Part shown: one piece after another, positions 37,358 through 50,906 of the stretch | Position numbering within the stretch: the stretch's first letter is position 1 | Layout of the letters: the number at the start of each line of letters is the position of its first letter | Assembly (NCBI GenBank): GCA_030248215.1 | Contig: JASANG010001546.1 | Coordinates: 186,001 to 250,000 of the forward strand | Direction: 5' to 3' | DNA length: 64,000 nt | Source: Enoplolaimus lenunculus | Lineage: Eukaryota | Position numbers and translations under genes: made by a program | The notes under the pieces: model-generated | Told to the model about the DNA's origin: nothing | Databases searched by the model: none | What the model saw: only the letters and a program-made list of their open reading frames with translations

Positions 37358-40322
37358 GAAAAATCAATAAAAATTGTACTAAAAATGAATAAAATAACTT
37401 AAGAAGTAATTTGAAACATTGACTTTCTTTATTTTTCCGAAAAATTTATAGCAAAATATTTTATATTCTTGGGAACATTATTATATAAAACACTTTGGAC
37501 TGAACATGGACTCGCACGGGGGCACACAAGGGTATATACCGCTGCCGAACCTTAACCGAGGCAATTTTTAAGGTAAGTTAGATATATTGAGGGGAAAAAT
37601 TGGCAAATTTTGTACTAAGTTATTTTTTACCCTAAACCTAAAATTTCAAGGGCTAACCCCCATGTTTAGGTTGCAGGCATAGTCCCCAATGAAACCAAGC
37701 ATATCAGCCGTAGGCGTCCACAGAGAATTGTATTTGGGGGCACTGAATAATTTAGGGAGCCGCCTACAATTTCAATTTAAGATGGTTTACTTTTAGACCA
37801 AGTCTATTTGGGAGGCGCCGGTCCATTTTTTGGGACGGCACGTCTCCTCAATGCCCCCCTCTTTTACTCCCTTGCATATCAGCAGATACTGAACAGAAAA
37901 CTGATAGCTGTTTCCCCACGATTTTAAACGATATTTTTTCAAAAAAATTTTCATTTTTAAAATTTCTAAAATTTTTCACTTGATGTTAAATTTAAGATTC
38001 AAAAATACGGAATCAACAGCGAAACAAAGCTCTGGCTCCCTTGTTTACTGTTGAGAATTTGGCTCACTACTGCGGGCGGATTCCACTCGTAGAAGGTGTG
38101 GGTTGAATTTTAAATTGCCAAATATTTGCTAAAGTAGCTTAAATTTTTTTGCTGTATCAATTCTACTAAGGCACCCTGCCGGAGTGACCACCTTCATTAT
38201 TCGGATGCGGGACTAACCTTGGCGTTATCATAATCCTATCTGGTGTTTTTCAATATCTTGCACTCCTGTTATGGCCGCAGGCTGACCTTCAGAACACGCC
38301 CGTAGCTAGCTCATCTTGCTAGGGGGGACAAAAAATATTTCAGGAGGGCCTTTCAAGGGTTTTCTCTGAGTTACAAGCAAGTTTGAAAATTTTCTAGGGA
38401 GGGCCGAAAATTTTCCAGGGGGGCTGTGCCCCCTGGTCCCCCCCTTTGGCGACGGGCCCGCTTCAGATGCCGCAGTGTCGGGCGGGTGGACGCCATGTTC
38501 TTTATACACTTTTTGGATCGAAAACTTTTATGTTATTTATTTCCTGCTGACCATTTTGAAAATTATAAAAATTCGCCGAAATGACAATCTTATTTGCTCA
38601 TTTTCAATGTTGAAATTAGTACCAACGCAAGTTGAACACAAGGACTGTTGTCCCGTTCGAATCCAAATTCGGATTGATTCAACAAAAGTTTAGATTTTCT
38701 TAAAAAATCAAACAATATTTTGGTGGTTAAAATTCAAATTATACAACAGACACTTGGTAGGACTGGAATTTGAAATATTTGGCTTAAAATGTGGTATTCT
38801 CTCGTTTATTATACAAAATGTCAGTTTATCACAGTTGTCTTAAAATTCAACGGAATGGAGTAAAACATTTTGTTTTTAAATTTTAATCAATTTTTGATTT
38901 TAATTATTTATACGCCTCACGTATAATTCACACCGCCAATGTTATTCATGGATCAGTAGCAGTAGATTAAGCGTACTTCTAAGCCTAAATCCTAAGCGTT
39001 CAAAAAGTGTAATCCTAAGCAAAAACTATAGTCTAAACTCTAAGTTTACTCTTTTACAGCTACGTAAAGGAATGAGACGGCCGTATGGGTCATTCATATT
39101 ATCTGCTTGATGGTCTGTAAAGGTTCCATATTTGCGAATACCTTTAAGACATAAATGAAGTTATGTAATGGTTTAATGCGATTTCCCCTGTTTCTACATA
39201 ACTTTGTCATCTTTGGTACCATATTTTCCGACATTTCACTGCATATCAAGGGCGGATCCAGGGGGGAGATGCGTACCCCCCACCCCGGCTGGCGAGTGTA
39301 AATTTTTTCAGGGTTAAAAGCAAGCGTTGTGCAAATTTTGGTCCCAATATCTTAATATTTCACAGTTGGTTAAGTACTTCGTCCCGAAACTCAGCACAAC
39401 AAATTTTCGATGTTCGCTGACCATTTTCTTATGCATACGTGTCAGTTTGTGTGTGACTTGTGGCTGTTTTTATATGTGTAAAAATATGTCTGAACATGTG
39501 CCAAAACTTAACAATTTTCACTTGTGCATCCCCCCGCCCGGAACTTGTGGATCCGCCACTGCTGCAAGTCCAGCGGTATATTTGGTGCGACTTTTTTAAA
39601 AATTTAATTTATTCCGGTATCAAAAATTTCCGGTTCCGCCACCGCAGCTGTCGGTTTCGTCTTTTATGACCGTCTCCCCCATTTCATGAGCCGCTCCGCG
39701 ATCCAATAATCTTTTACCACTGAAGAAAGTATGAATTGCACTTGTCAGGGGGTCAAATATATATTTTTATTGTATTTTTATACTATGAGAATTTAACTCG
39801 AAATATTACATACATATTTATATATCCTGTATATTAATCAATACATCGCCGTTAATTCACTTCCGGTGGTCACTGAATGAAATTTTAGTTTGTGATAATT
39901 TTAAGTCTTTGAACTGTGTTTATACACAACGCATCTTTTACGTTGTATGATTTGAAATTTTTTAAAAATTTTAATATTCTCACATCGCCAGATGCCAAGT
40001 TTCAAAGAGGGGCGTACAGTGGATGGCTGCATTTTTTTCGTTATTCCCCCTCCGCCGGCCGCTGTTTGCTTTAGAGGGCAAAATAAAACTTTAGGGATTA
40101 CATGTGCATAAAATTTCAAACGGGGCCACAATATTTCGAGAGGGGCCCAAAAACATTTTTCTATCCAATGATAAGTTGTTCTTAGACCACATCCGTCTGG
40201 GTACGGGTCCGTGACCACCATACCAGGACCTTGGAATCTTGACATTCTGGTTTCGGTTTAATGGAAATTTTGTATATTTGTCCGACATAGGAAATGTCGC
40301 TGTTCTTATGACATAAAAGTAA

Positions 40323-41139
40323 TGCGGAGTTCACGTTATAAATGGTGCAGCTGGGCCACGTTTAGTCACATTGTATATATTGGGTAACATTTTGTCTGCG
40401 ATGTAACCCAATCTGATAGTCAAAAAAGAGTGGTTGTCTGCTAACATCACGTATCGGTCACGTTTTGTCTTTCAATATCATATGATATTCCATACGTAGT
40501 CTGTCAATATCATATGATCATTTCTAAAATATCTACTGATTCAGCTGCATAACTAGGTTTGGAATATCATATGATACTAATCGACACGTAATTGGTGGGA
40601 AATTCAAATTTTGGCGGGAAATTCAAATTTTGGTGGGAAATTCAAATTTTGGCGCGAAAATTCAAATTTTGGCGATAAAATTCAAATTTTGGCTGAAAAT
40701 TCAAATTTTGGCGGCAAATTCAAATTCAGGTGGGAAAATTTAAATTTTGGCGGGAAATCCAAATTTGGGCGCAAAAATTCAAAATTTGGGCGCAAAAATT
40801 CAAATTTTGGCAGAAAAATTCGAATTTGGGAGGGAATATTCAAAATTTTAGCGGATTGTATACGTCTTAATCTACATAATGGAATATCATATGATACTGC
40901 AAATGCTGTTAATTTGGAACATCATATGATATTCAACTATATGTCTGATTATGTCACGTGACATTCGAACACTTGTATGCTTAGATAACATGAATACCCG
41001 TGCGTTGTATAGCAATATCACATGATATTCGACTTTTGCTTGTCCGTATCATATGATGGTAACAAAAATTTATGTTGATGTCGAATCAACATGTGACAAA
41101 ACGTGACCCGACTGCCCCAGTTGTAACGTGAACCCCGCA
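40323..41139. mobile_element. PIF/Harbinger-like non-autonomous element with ATATCATATGATAT motifs
   Basis: TIR TGCGG.GTTCACGTTA, TAA on both flanks. Partial copies at ~17930-18078, ~19190-19310, ~19960-20387. Confidence 0.8.
40593..40850. repeat. 20-bp minisatellite (TGGCGGGAAATTCAAATTTT)n
   Basis: About 12-13 units inside the 40323-41139 element. Confidence 0.9.
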
Positions 41140-41142
41140 TAA

Positions 41143-41301
41143 CTAGTCAGGGTGGTTGCAAATTTGCAACCTTAAAATATTTAATGTCATATTTTTACTA
41201 TTCAGTTGGTTTTTACATGTAAGGGTACAAAAATATGCAAAAGTCTACTGGAACTCTGCTCTTAATACGTATGCGGGGTGTTTCAGCTTTAATAATCTAG
41301 A
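41143..41301 (-). mobile_element. Non-autonomous mini-Helitron
   Basis: On the - strand: A|TC.A.ATTATTAAAGCTG 5' end, 18-bp palindrome GGTTGCAAATTTGCAACC (41154-41171), then CTAG|T 3' end. The same 5' end occurs at ~1097, 31657(-), 33120, 45112 and 62091-62272(-). Confidence 0.75.
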
Positions 41302-44300
41302 TGTGCAAATAAAGTTTGGATCTCGCAATCAGACCCCCTACCAGATCTTGGCACAATTAAACGTTTGCATCGCGATTATGCTAAAAATGCGACTGGCTTT
41401 CAGTTCGCTTTGATCTCGAGTTTTAAATACTTCTTGCTCGCCATGCTCGCTCTCAAAAGCCTTCGTCAGACGTTACACGTTCTCAAAACGGCCGAGATCC
41501 AAAAGGCCGTGTTTGGCGTGCCCACTCTCAAGTTACACGTTGGAGCAGGCCTGCTCCGAACCCAGTCAGCTTATGTCACTCTAGTACAAATGTAACCTAC
41601 AGGTCATTTTTAATCAAAAAGGCACAAAGTTTAGTTTTCGGAGTGGATCCGGCTAATCCTATTTACGGTCATTTAGGTTTTATGTAAAGTTAGCAAAATT
41701 TTAAACCCCTTTAAGACGTTCGGCCAAATAGTCCACGACCCTCCTTGAAATTGTGGTTTTCTACAGAGCAGATTTTCCAGTTGAAAAATCATGATTCGGC
41801 CACTGGCTCAAATTGAATTCAAGTCCGTGAATTTGAGAAAGTTTTTTCACTAAATTTTAAATTCTAAAGTCCGGTCGAATTTACAATACCAAAATAAAAA
41901 CTACTTTGAGTAAAATGATATACAATAAAGTGATTTTAAGTTTGATTTTATTCGGGCTGGTGCGGTTTTTATCGAACCAGCACAAGCCAAGCGAAATCGT
42001 TGCGCATTGAACACAAAAATCTTAAAATTAAATTTATGTTTGTAATTTAAGTCAAAATATTTTTTACGAATTTCAAAATTAAGAAAAAATAATGTTTTAT
42101 TTTACATGTTTTTCAGTAGTTTATTTGCTTAAATTTGAAAACATTTTCCTGTTTTTTTGGCTTGTAATAGTTGATTCTGGTTCAGATATAAAAATATTTT
42201 GCAAGCGTAAAAATAAAAACATTAAAATTTTGTAACATTTCAGACTGTTTAAGTGGAATATTAATTTGTATATAATAAAGCTGTGATTATCTTAAAATAT
42301 GCTTTAAGTAATTCAAGCTTGTAGGCAGGCCATCATGCCTGTAGGATGAATACAATTTTACGCAGGGCATTCGGTTGACATAACAAGCTTACTACGGTCT
42401 CTAAAACTGTATTAAAGAGGCCAAAATAATTTTTGGAGGTATTGAGCTCTTTCTTGGCTCTCTATAGCTTCGCTCGCGACGAGATTAAAGTAAATTTGTA
42501 AGAAACGTCTACTGTAGTGACCCGAATAAGAGGGGGACTGATATTTATTTGGTATCTCCAGAGGGTACCCCCTGTTATTCGGTTAATAATTGTTATTTAT
42601 TTTTAACCCACGCTCTGCCAGCCTTCGTTACTGATATATATCCGGTACTGCAATTATCCGTTGGATTAAACGTTTATTTGTCTTGTGTCAATAGTTTGAG
42701 CGATAATACAATGTTATACTTAGGAATCTACCTTCAAAATTTTCCAACTCAAATTATTTGGGCCTGGACTCATTTATGCGCTACAATTAGAGATAGTTTA
42801 GGGACTCTATCTGCTTACGGTCTTAGTATTCGGAATACGGACTCTTATTGAGTGGGATTCAAAATGGGGACCCTCTCTTATTCGGGTCACTACAGTAATT
42901 TCGTAACTTTCGAACTCCTGTCTAAAAAGTAACTGAAATAAATATGTTGGGAAAATTTGGCCGATTGTAACGGTCAGTTTCAGACCTTAAGGATCACGAG
43001 CGAACAATTTTTAACTACAATATAGTAAGCTTAAGCTTTAGACTATTTTTTGCTTAGTCTTACGTATAAGCTCATTCTTACGCTTTAGGTTTAGACTTAG
43101 GGATACGCTTATACCGCTTTAAGAGTCGTGTCCTATACGTTTGCCAAAACTTTGAGATCCTGTTTAATCATAAGCACGTAATTTAGACTTTGTGAAAGTC
43201 GTGAATAGCCAAATTATGGTAATTTTTTTATAATTCAATCGTTTTTTCAAAATATATTTCAAAATTAATATTTGTTCTTCGTTCATACACTGTAAATTTC
43301 AGTGAGTTGATATTAACTCAAAATGAGTTGAATGACTCGGTCTGAGTTAGGACTATCAGAACTCATAATTTTGAGTTGATTCAATTTATTTCGAGTTAAT
43401 TAATCAACTCACCCATAGCCAACTCAACTCAGAGAAGAAAATCGTCTAGTGAGTTAATGTTTACTGATATTAATTCAGAAATAACCAACTCGCTGGCTGA
43501 ATTGATTAATCAACTCAGTGTAATTTTTACAGTGCAGTTTATAAACCAAAATGTATTAACATTCCGTAGGCGATTAAAATCTAACTGAAATGCTATTGTT
43601 TTATATGTATCGCTGTCTGATTTTAAAGTTGCGGTTACACATTAATGAATTCTTAAATGTAAAATTTTAAATTTTAAAAATATTTTACACAAACAAATTG
43701 TCGCATAAAATTCAGTTATTTCAACTATGCCGTACCACAGTCGCGTATTGTGTTTTATTGCTTATGGGCAACTGTGGTAGAATATTAGTTTTTTTTGCAA
43801 CTGCAATTATTTGCAATTTCTAATATAATTCTGCAACATACATAACACCAAATGATCCAACTAATGAACTTTGCATTACAGGGGGCCAGCATTGAAAAAT
43901 AAACGACTCAGGTTTTATGGCATACAAATCGTTAATGATACCCATATGAGGTAGGGGGTACTTACGTAATTGAAGCTGATTTTGATTGGAAGGGGGGTGC
44001 CGACCCGTCTTGACCCCCCAATGAAATGTACAGAGTGGTGTTTAGTTTAATGGAAACAATATAGTGGTATCTACTCAAATAAATGTATGTTGACATATTT
44101 CAGACTGTAGTACATTGTACGTTTCACAGTGTGAATTTTTGCTTCTTTTAGGTTTTCTGTGTCGCTGGTTGCAAAAAGTTTTGTCAGTTCAAAATCAAAT
44201 TTAAAATGTTTTTTAAAGTTGCCAATCGAAGCGTAAGCCTGAACGCAGTAAAAATCGCTACAATTTCGTTCGGGTCATGTTTCACCGAGGGTGGAACTAT

Positions 44301-47300
44301 AACTACTGCCAGTGTGGATACAGTTGCGAAGATAACCGTTGCGTGTTAAGTGCGTTAACTGACTCTCCATCCAAAGCCAATGTAAAGTTTGCCAAATTTG
44401 AGAAACGTTCAAATTTTTCCCAATGAACTCAAAATTTTTAAACAGTTTTCATTTTAATATTAAAAACAAATTTTAAAAATTCACTTTTCAAATTTCGTAC
44501 TTTGAAATTTTGTGAATCCCTCTTATGTGTGAGGGGATCCATCGATTTGCGGGGTTTGAGGTACCATCAGTTTGGGAGGTTTAAGGGGGCAGGGCAACAT
44601 TTCTATTTCACGACTGTTTCGGCTCATGTAAACATTAGGGACGAAACGTTTTTCTGCGGAACAGCAATACAGTAAGCTTCCTTTAGATCCATTTTTTGGT
44701 ATGGCGTAAGTATTAGGCTTTAATAGACTTTGGTATAAGCTCATTCTTAAGCTTAGGCTTATGCTTAGGAATATAATACTGTTACGGCCCTGTTCTATAC
44801 ATTTGCCGGCGTATCGTCACTGTAACTGTAGTAACTGTTTCGTGAAAAGTTCTATTACTACATTTTACACAAATTAGTATCAAAATAGCCTTGAAACGCC
44901 GCTATGTTATACATAATTTTTGCAGTATCAAAAAAATTTTGTTATGTGTTAAGATTTTTAAATCAGATAATACCGTATAAAGTTCGGATGAAGATTGTGA
45001 CACGTCAGCCCTCCATCTGGCTAGAAAAAATGAAATTTTGGTCTTTAAAACACTTCTGTATACTCGTTTGGTATTAAAATTAGGTTTAATTTCAGCAATT
45101 ATCAACATAAATCTGTATTATTAAAGCTGGAACGCTCCACATACGTATTTCGAACAACGTTCAATCGGTTAAGCATGCAAATTACTTATATAATAGTACA
45201 GTTTTGCTAACATAGCTATAAAACAAGGAAATTGTTCAGTTTTTGTTTATACACTGTTCTATAAGGTGAAGTTTTCACAAGTTTATGCGTATATTTTGTT
45301 ATCAGTGCCGGAGCAGACATGGGTGGGGCTCCCCCCAAATTCCAGGGTGGGGGGCACCCAAACTCGCGAGCGAGAAGCCAGACGCCTTTTAAAACTTAAG
45401 CGGTTTTTGTTTCAACCGGTTAGTTTGGGGGCGCCTTCAGGGGTGGGGGCCCCCTCTAAATGGGTGGTATGGGGGGTTGCTGCTCCGGTCCTGTTTGTTA
45501 TGATATATGCAGATTGTTTCAATAGGTTTCAAGTTGCGACGCAAACTTAAAATTTCACAAGTATTGTTGTAAATATTGTATGTTCATTCGTATTTTCTAT
45601 TTATCAGACACATAATTTCAACTCAAGATTTGACCACAGCGCTATATAATGTAGGGTCTAAATTTAGTTTTGATGTTATACTCAAAATTGCCTCAGTCGA
45701 ATTGACTTTTTTAATTATGGCGTATATTTGAGTATGATGAGAGCTGTTCTCAGATTAACTACTTGGCATATTACGAGTCGAAAATAATGTACCCAGCGCA
45801 CGTTGCGTTTTTGCGGCATTCTCTCACTTTGAGGCGATGGGTTGAGACCGTAAAATTAAGAGGAATATCTCCTCAAATGCATAATAGAAATATTCCGCTT
45901 ATGTGCTTGACGTCAGCCCCGTTAATTTTTTATGTCTGTAATGCATCTATTGTCGACACCCCTCATACGAGGGGGTCATACGAAAACCACAACGCGCTGG
46001 GGTACATTTAATTCCACGCGTAAGAAAGTTGCATACTCTTGTCAAAAGAGTCATTATTGACTATGGCGTACAGTAGCCATCAAAATTAATTTGACAGACC
46101 GCACCCGTTTAAAAATACGATTTAATGGATGTGCCCGAACCCGCAGGGATCAGTAATCCCGACCATCGCATTGGACGCTGCGCAAACACCATTTGTTCCC
46201 AAGTGGTTGTGTCAAATTCATTTTTATTCATTTATATATTTGCTCAAAGCAATTATGAACTCCTGAAATATATTTAAATACATGTTAGCTTTATAGAAAA
46301 ATAGTGATTTTCCCCAATAAAGTTTGGTTACATAACATACAATTAATATGACAACTTTCGAACCAAAATCGCTTTTTCAACGCATCATTAATAATTGCCA
46401 AATTATGCATTTGCGTCGACCAGCGGCCAGAAACACTGCAAATCGCTGCGTGTGCAACTGCAATTTTGTCGAAAAATTGCAGACGAACGGCGCAGTTGTT
46501 GTTGTTGTTGTTTTTGCCTGCAATCATAGTTTAAATTTTTGGTTTTGACTAAAAAAATCGCGTAAGAAATGTTTTTGTTTTGTACAGAAATCTTCGTAAA
46601 CAGTCACATTCAAAGTTTCATATCATTTTTCTATGTTGCAGTATTAATCTATATTAATATACATGAGTATATATATGTATGTATGTATGTATGTATATAG
46701 TCGCATCCGTTATACATGACTAAAAAATTATTTTTTTTTGTATAAAATGATATTTACTTGTTTCGATTTTCTTGCCGAGATTTTACGAAATTTTCCTTTT
46801 TGTCTACAAAGTTTTCAGGGATTCGAAATTAGCTGGAATACTTGTGAAAAATTAAGCGTTGAATTTTGCTATTTTTTTCACTTTTCGCTACCAAACACAG
46901 CAACGAATAGTGCGTTTTAGAAGCTGATGATTTTTTCGCGGTAAAATTGACAAAGCTAAGATTTAAAAACAACCGGGGCGTCGTTTCAATTCTAAATCTC
47001 AGTAGACAGGATGATGGTTCCAGGGTATTCGAGGCCCAGCCCATTCCAACCACCGTCTGTTTGATAAGATGCTTTGCAAGGTATCAACCAGGATCGCAAT
47101 AGCTCATCTAAAAATGGGATCGATTATAATAAAGTGTTCCGAATCCTGCTTCTAGGATTATCCTTCGAGAAAACGGGCTGTATTTGAAAGGTATACGGGC
47201 CATGGTCCCAAGGATATTTAAGCAAATACCGCAGTTTCATATAAATACTGCACGAACCTTTTTAGACCGTTTCATGATAAATTATACATGAACGTTTTTG

Positions 47301-49935
47301 GTGTTATTTATTACAAATTAGCTCTAAATACCTACGTTAATGTGTTTTAGTTTGCCAATAAATGAGCTTAAAACCTTTAAATTAATGCATTGCAATTATC
47401 TGGTGCAAAATAACGCATGCAATATGCAGTATCACATGGGAATGTACGAGTTGAAATGTATTTTTATGTTTATTTTTAATTTCAACGCAAATTGAACAAC
47501 AATTGAACGTACAGTTTAACTTGTCGTTTAAGCTTCAAAACATTGTTTCACAGTAAAATTGGCATGATTAGATACTGTCGTTTCGTTGCGGTGGTATTCA
47601 GTTCAACAACAACGTTTTGGGATCAGGGGGGTGGGAACATTTTGGATAATTCCACGCCAGAACAAAACCAAGATTTCATTTCGGGGGGAGGGGGGGTAGA
47701 AAATGTCATTGTATGGACTGTGGAAGGCAACAAGTTATTATATTTAATCCTGAAAATCACCGTTTTGTCTGTTCAGAACTTTTGCGAACGATCTCTTGTT
47801 TATTTGAACACAACGAAACCCGGACCGAAAATTGGTCCGAGAGGAACGAACGGATTCGGAATGGGATGAGGGTTGCACCCGAACTTCAGAAAATTGGAAA
47901 AAATTGATATGGTCAAGAATTCTACATTGCGATAGCTTCTCGTTGCAGAAATGTTGTTTCTCTCTCTAGTAGCAGTTTCTGGTTACACAACCAGGCTGGC
48001 TCGTTGACTCGTTTGTCAGAAACGCGGTCGGATTGAGTAAGAGCCCAACATGATGCAATTGGAGGTGAAAAATACTGGAGCCACTGCCGGATTCGGAAGT
48101 CGTTTTTTGACAAAGCTGGAGGGAAATGGACGCAGACCTCCGGATGTAGCCTGATGCCCATGACTTTGACCTGGTTTATAGTAGGTTACGTACTGTAGTG
48201 AACCGAACAAGAGTGGGGGACTGATATTTATTTGGTCTCTCCAGAGGGAACCCCTGGTTATTCGGTCACGGACTGTTATTTATGTTTGACCCATGCTCCA
48301 CCGCCCTTCGTTACTGAATATTCGGTACTGCAGTTATCCGTTGAATTAAACGTTTATTTGTCTTGTGTCATTAGCTTGAGCGATAATGCAAGGTTATACT
48401 TAGGAATGTACTTTCAAAACATAAGTACGCTTTAAAGTTTCGAACTCAAATTATTTGTTCCTGGAGATATTTATGCGCTACAATTCGGGATAACTGATAT
48501 TTGTGGACTCTAATTAGGGTTTAGGGACTCTATCCGCTTACGGACTCTTATTAGGGATACGGACTCCTATTGATTGATACTAAATTGGGGACCCACCTCT
48601 TATTACCCCCTCTTATTCGGGTTACTACAGTACGGTACGATTTGACTGTGATTTTTCAACTTTTGATAAATTAGTTATCTCACTTTGAATTAAATTATAA
48701 ATCATTTGACAATGTTGCAATTAACACTAAAACCTTATACTAATGTACTAAGTACTACCTTTGTACGCAGATATCAACTCTACTCGAAATTATTCAAGTT
48801 AATAGTAGTGCGAGTTAATTTTTTAAGAATATTTAATTTTTATTGTTTCTATGAAACGCAGAAGTGGATCCAAAAATTTCTGACCGGGGGGGCGGGGGGC
48901 TGGCAAACATTATGAAACGCAAAAATTGAAAGGTAGGGAGCTAATCATTTATCGCTAACAAATTTTCTGGGTGCCACAAATGGTAAGGTAGGTAGGTACC
49001 TTACCATCACAAAAAGTTCTTCGCGAACAATTCGTAAAAAATTGCAAGGTAGGGACATTACCATTTTAATACAAAAATTTAGGGGGCGTACGCATCTCCT
49101 CGCTCTCCCTCTGGATCTGCTAGTGATGAAAAGTCATCTTTTATATCACCTTAAACTGAATTTGAATTTCTAAATCAGTCTGACAGGGATGCAAGGTGGC
49201 CCCATCCAAGCAAAACCTTTCCAACAGGCAGCAAATGTAAAATTTCATGCAAATTTAGTACTTAAATTGCGTTTTGCTTCTTGCTCGCTTCGCTCTCGAA
49301 TTGTTTAACTGTCATTTGTCGCGTGGATCCAGTCAGAAACTTCTGGATTTGCCAATACCAAATCACAGTAGTGAGACTTAACAGCGTGTTTGAAACAAAC
49401 GAATTATCTCGCCTGCACAACAGTGGGTATAGTCAAGATCGCTGAAATGCTGCCAGCTAGCATACATACAGTGTACTGTACTATATTGCATGTGTACATA
49501 ATGGACAATCATGTCTTACATTCTTACAATCATTCAATATTGTGGTTCATTTTCTGGTTTAGGTTTCATTAAAATTAAAGAAATTGAAATATTTGAAATT
49601 TACTTAAAATGACAAATGAGACAACCGGAAGTCAATTTGTTCGAATGTTAAGCAAACATGGGTGGAAGTAAGTTTTACGAATTTGGAAAAGTTTAACAAT
49701 AAATGTATGACGTGTTCTGTTTATGCAACTGGATACATTCTGTGTACAAACGAATCAACTTAGCGAACGTCGGTATATTTGTCGTTTGGCGTCGTCTGTC
49801 GCCGGACAACGCCGCAAAACAAATAATTTTTACGAATAAAAAGCAGGTTTGCTATGCCGTCCAGCAAATCATACATGGTACCGTACGGCATCAGACGACG
49901 CCAAATGACAACGCCGGACATTCCGGCGACGCTTA

Positions 49936-50382
49936 TGGGTTGCGCTGTACTTTTTTGACGTCCGGAGCAGTCCGTCACCTGACCGGCGCCGTCCGTCACC
50001 GTCCGTCGTCCGCACGGCGCCGTCCGTCACCGTCCGTCGTCCGCACGGCGCCGTCCATCACCGTCCGTCTTCCGCACGGCGCCGTCCGTCACCGTCCGTC
50101 GTCCGCACGGCGCCGTCCGTCACCGTCCGTCGTCCGCACGGCGCCGTCCATCACCGTCCGTCGTCCGCACGGCGCCGTCCGTCACCGTCCGTCGTCCGCA
50201 CGGTGCCGTCCGTCACCGTCCGTTGCCCGTACGGCGCCGTCCGTCATATGTACGCAGTTGTCCGCCGCCCGTACGCGGCCGTCCGTCACCGTGCGGAATC
50301 GTACATAAATAACTCACGTACGAAACCATGTAAGTGACGGACGGAGACAGACGGCACCGCACGACAAGTATAGCGCAACCCT
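49936..50382. mobile_element. GC-rich Harbinger-like MITE with expanded 31-bp internal repeat
   Basis: TIR GGGTTGCGCT(G/A)TACTT with TTA/TAA flanks. Copies at 55202-55481 (opposite orientation) and a half copy at ~53980-54251. Confidence 0.8.
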
Positions 50383-50842
50383 TAAGCCATTGAAAAAACC
50401 GCAAAAGTATAGCGCTATCTGAGAGATCGTAGGCAGACAGGCCGCCGTGGGCTCAAGAAACCTATGGGTTCCCTTGGTAAAGTTTTCGCACCCTGTGGTA
50501 TACCATGCAAAATCACCAACTTGCTCCTTCTAGAGTGGTGTTGGCCCCGTGGATGTTGAGCTGGCTACGAGTCTGGCGACTACTGTACTGGCACGCAATG
50601 GTACCGTAAAATGGTTAAAAATACATACCCGAAGCCAACTCTCTTTGTTAAAGTCGGCTATAAATTTTTCAACAGGGGAATACAAGGGTTTTCGTTGACT
50701 TTCAAGGTTGAAACATTGTATGAGGGCAAAATTTTCCAATGGGGGGTTGTGTCTCTCCGCCTCTCCCCCTTGGTTACGGGCTTGCTAACGTGTTGCAATC
50801 TAGGATCTCAACACTCCAGTGTGCTTATTGTATGCTGTTTAG

Positions 50843-50906
50843 ACTCGACAATGAAGATCATGTGTTTGACAATGAAATTAACTCACTTTACAAGACATTC
50901 AATCAG
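50843..50906 (+). CDS. LMO7: LMO7-like exon
   Basis: tgtttAG...CAG|GTACGT (phase 2/0). LDNEDHVFDNEINSLYKTFNQ; KTF/KTY follows the W..L..W motif in this family. Confidence 0.6.

Noticed and set aside
42549..42851. Paralogous ORFs MVSPEGTP... at 42549 and 48232
   Set aside because: The similarity comes from two copies of the same Tc1/mariner-like MITE; non-ATG starts and no protein motifs.
47949..48161. GC-richer stretch after a good acceptor (ttgcAG at 47948)
   Set aside because: The frames I checked close quickly and I found no phase-consistent donor. Could be a non-coding or alternative first exon but is not supportable.
49703..50308. 201-aa Arg/Pro/Ser-rich ORF, and ORFs 53892-54294
   Set aside because: Products of 31-bp and 10-bp repeats within GC-rich MITEs.
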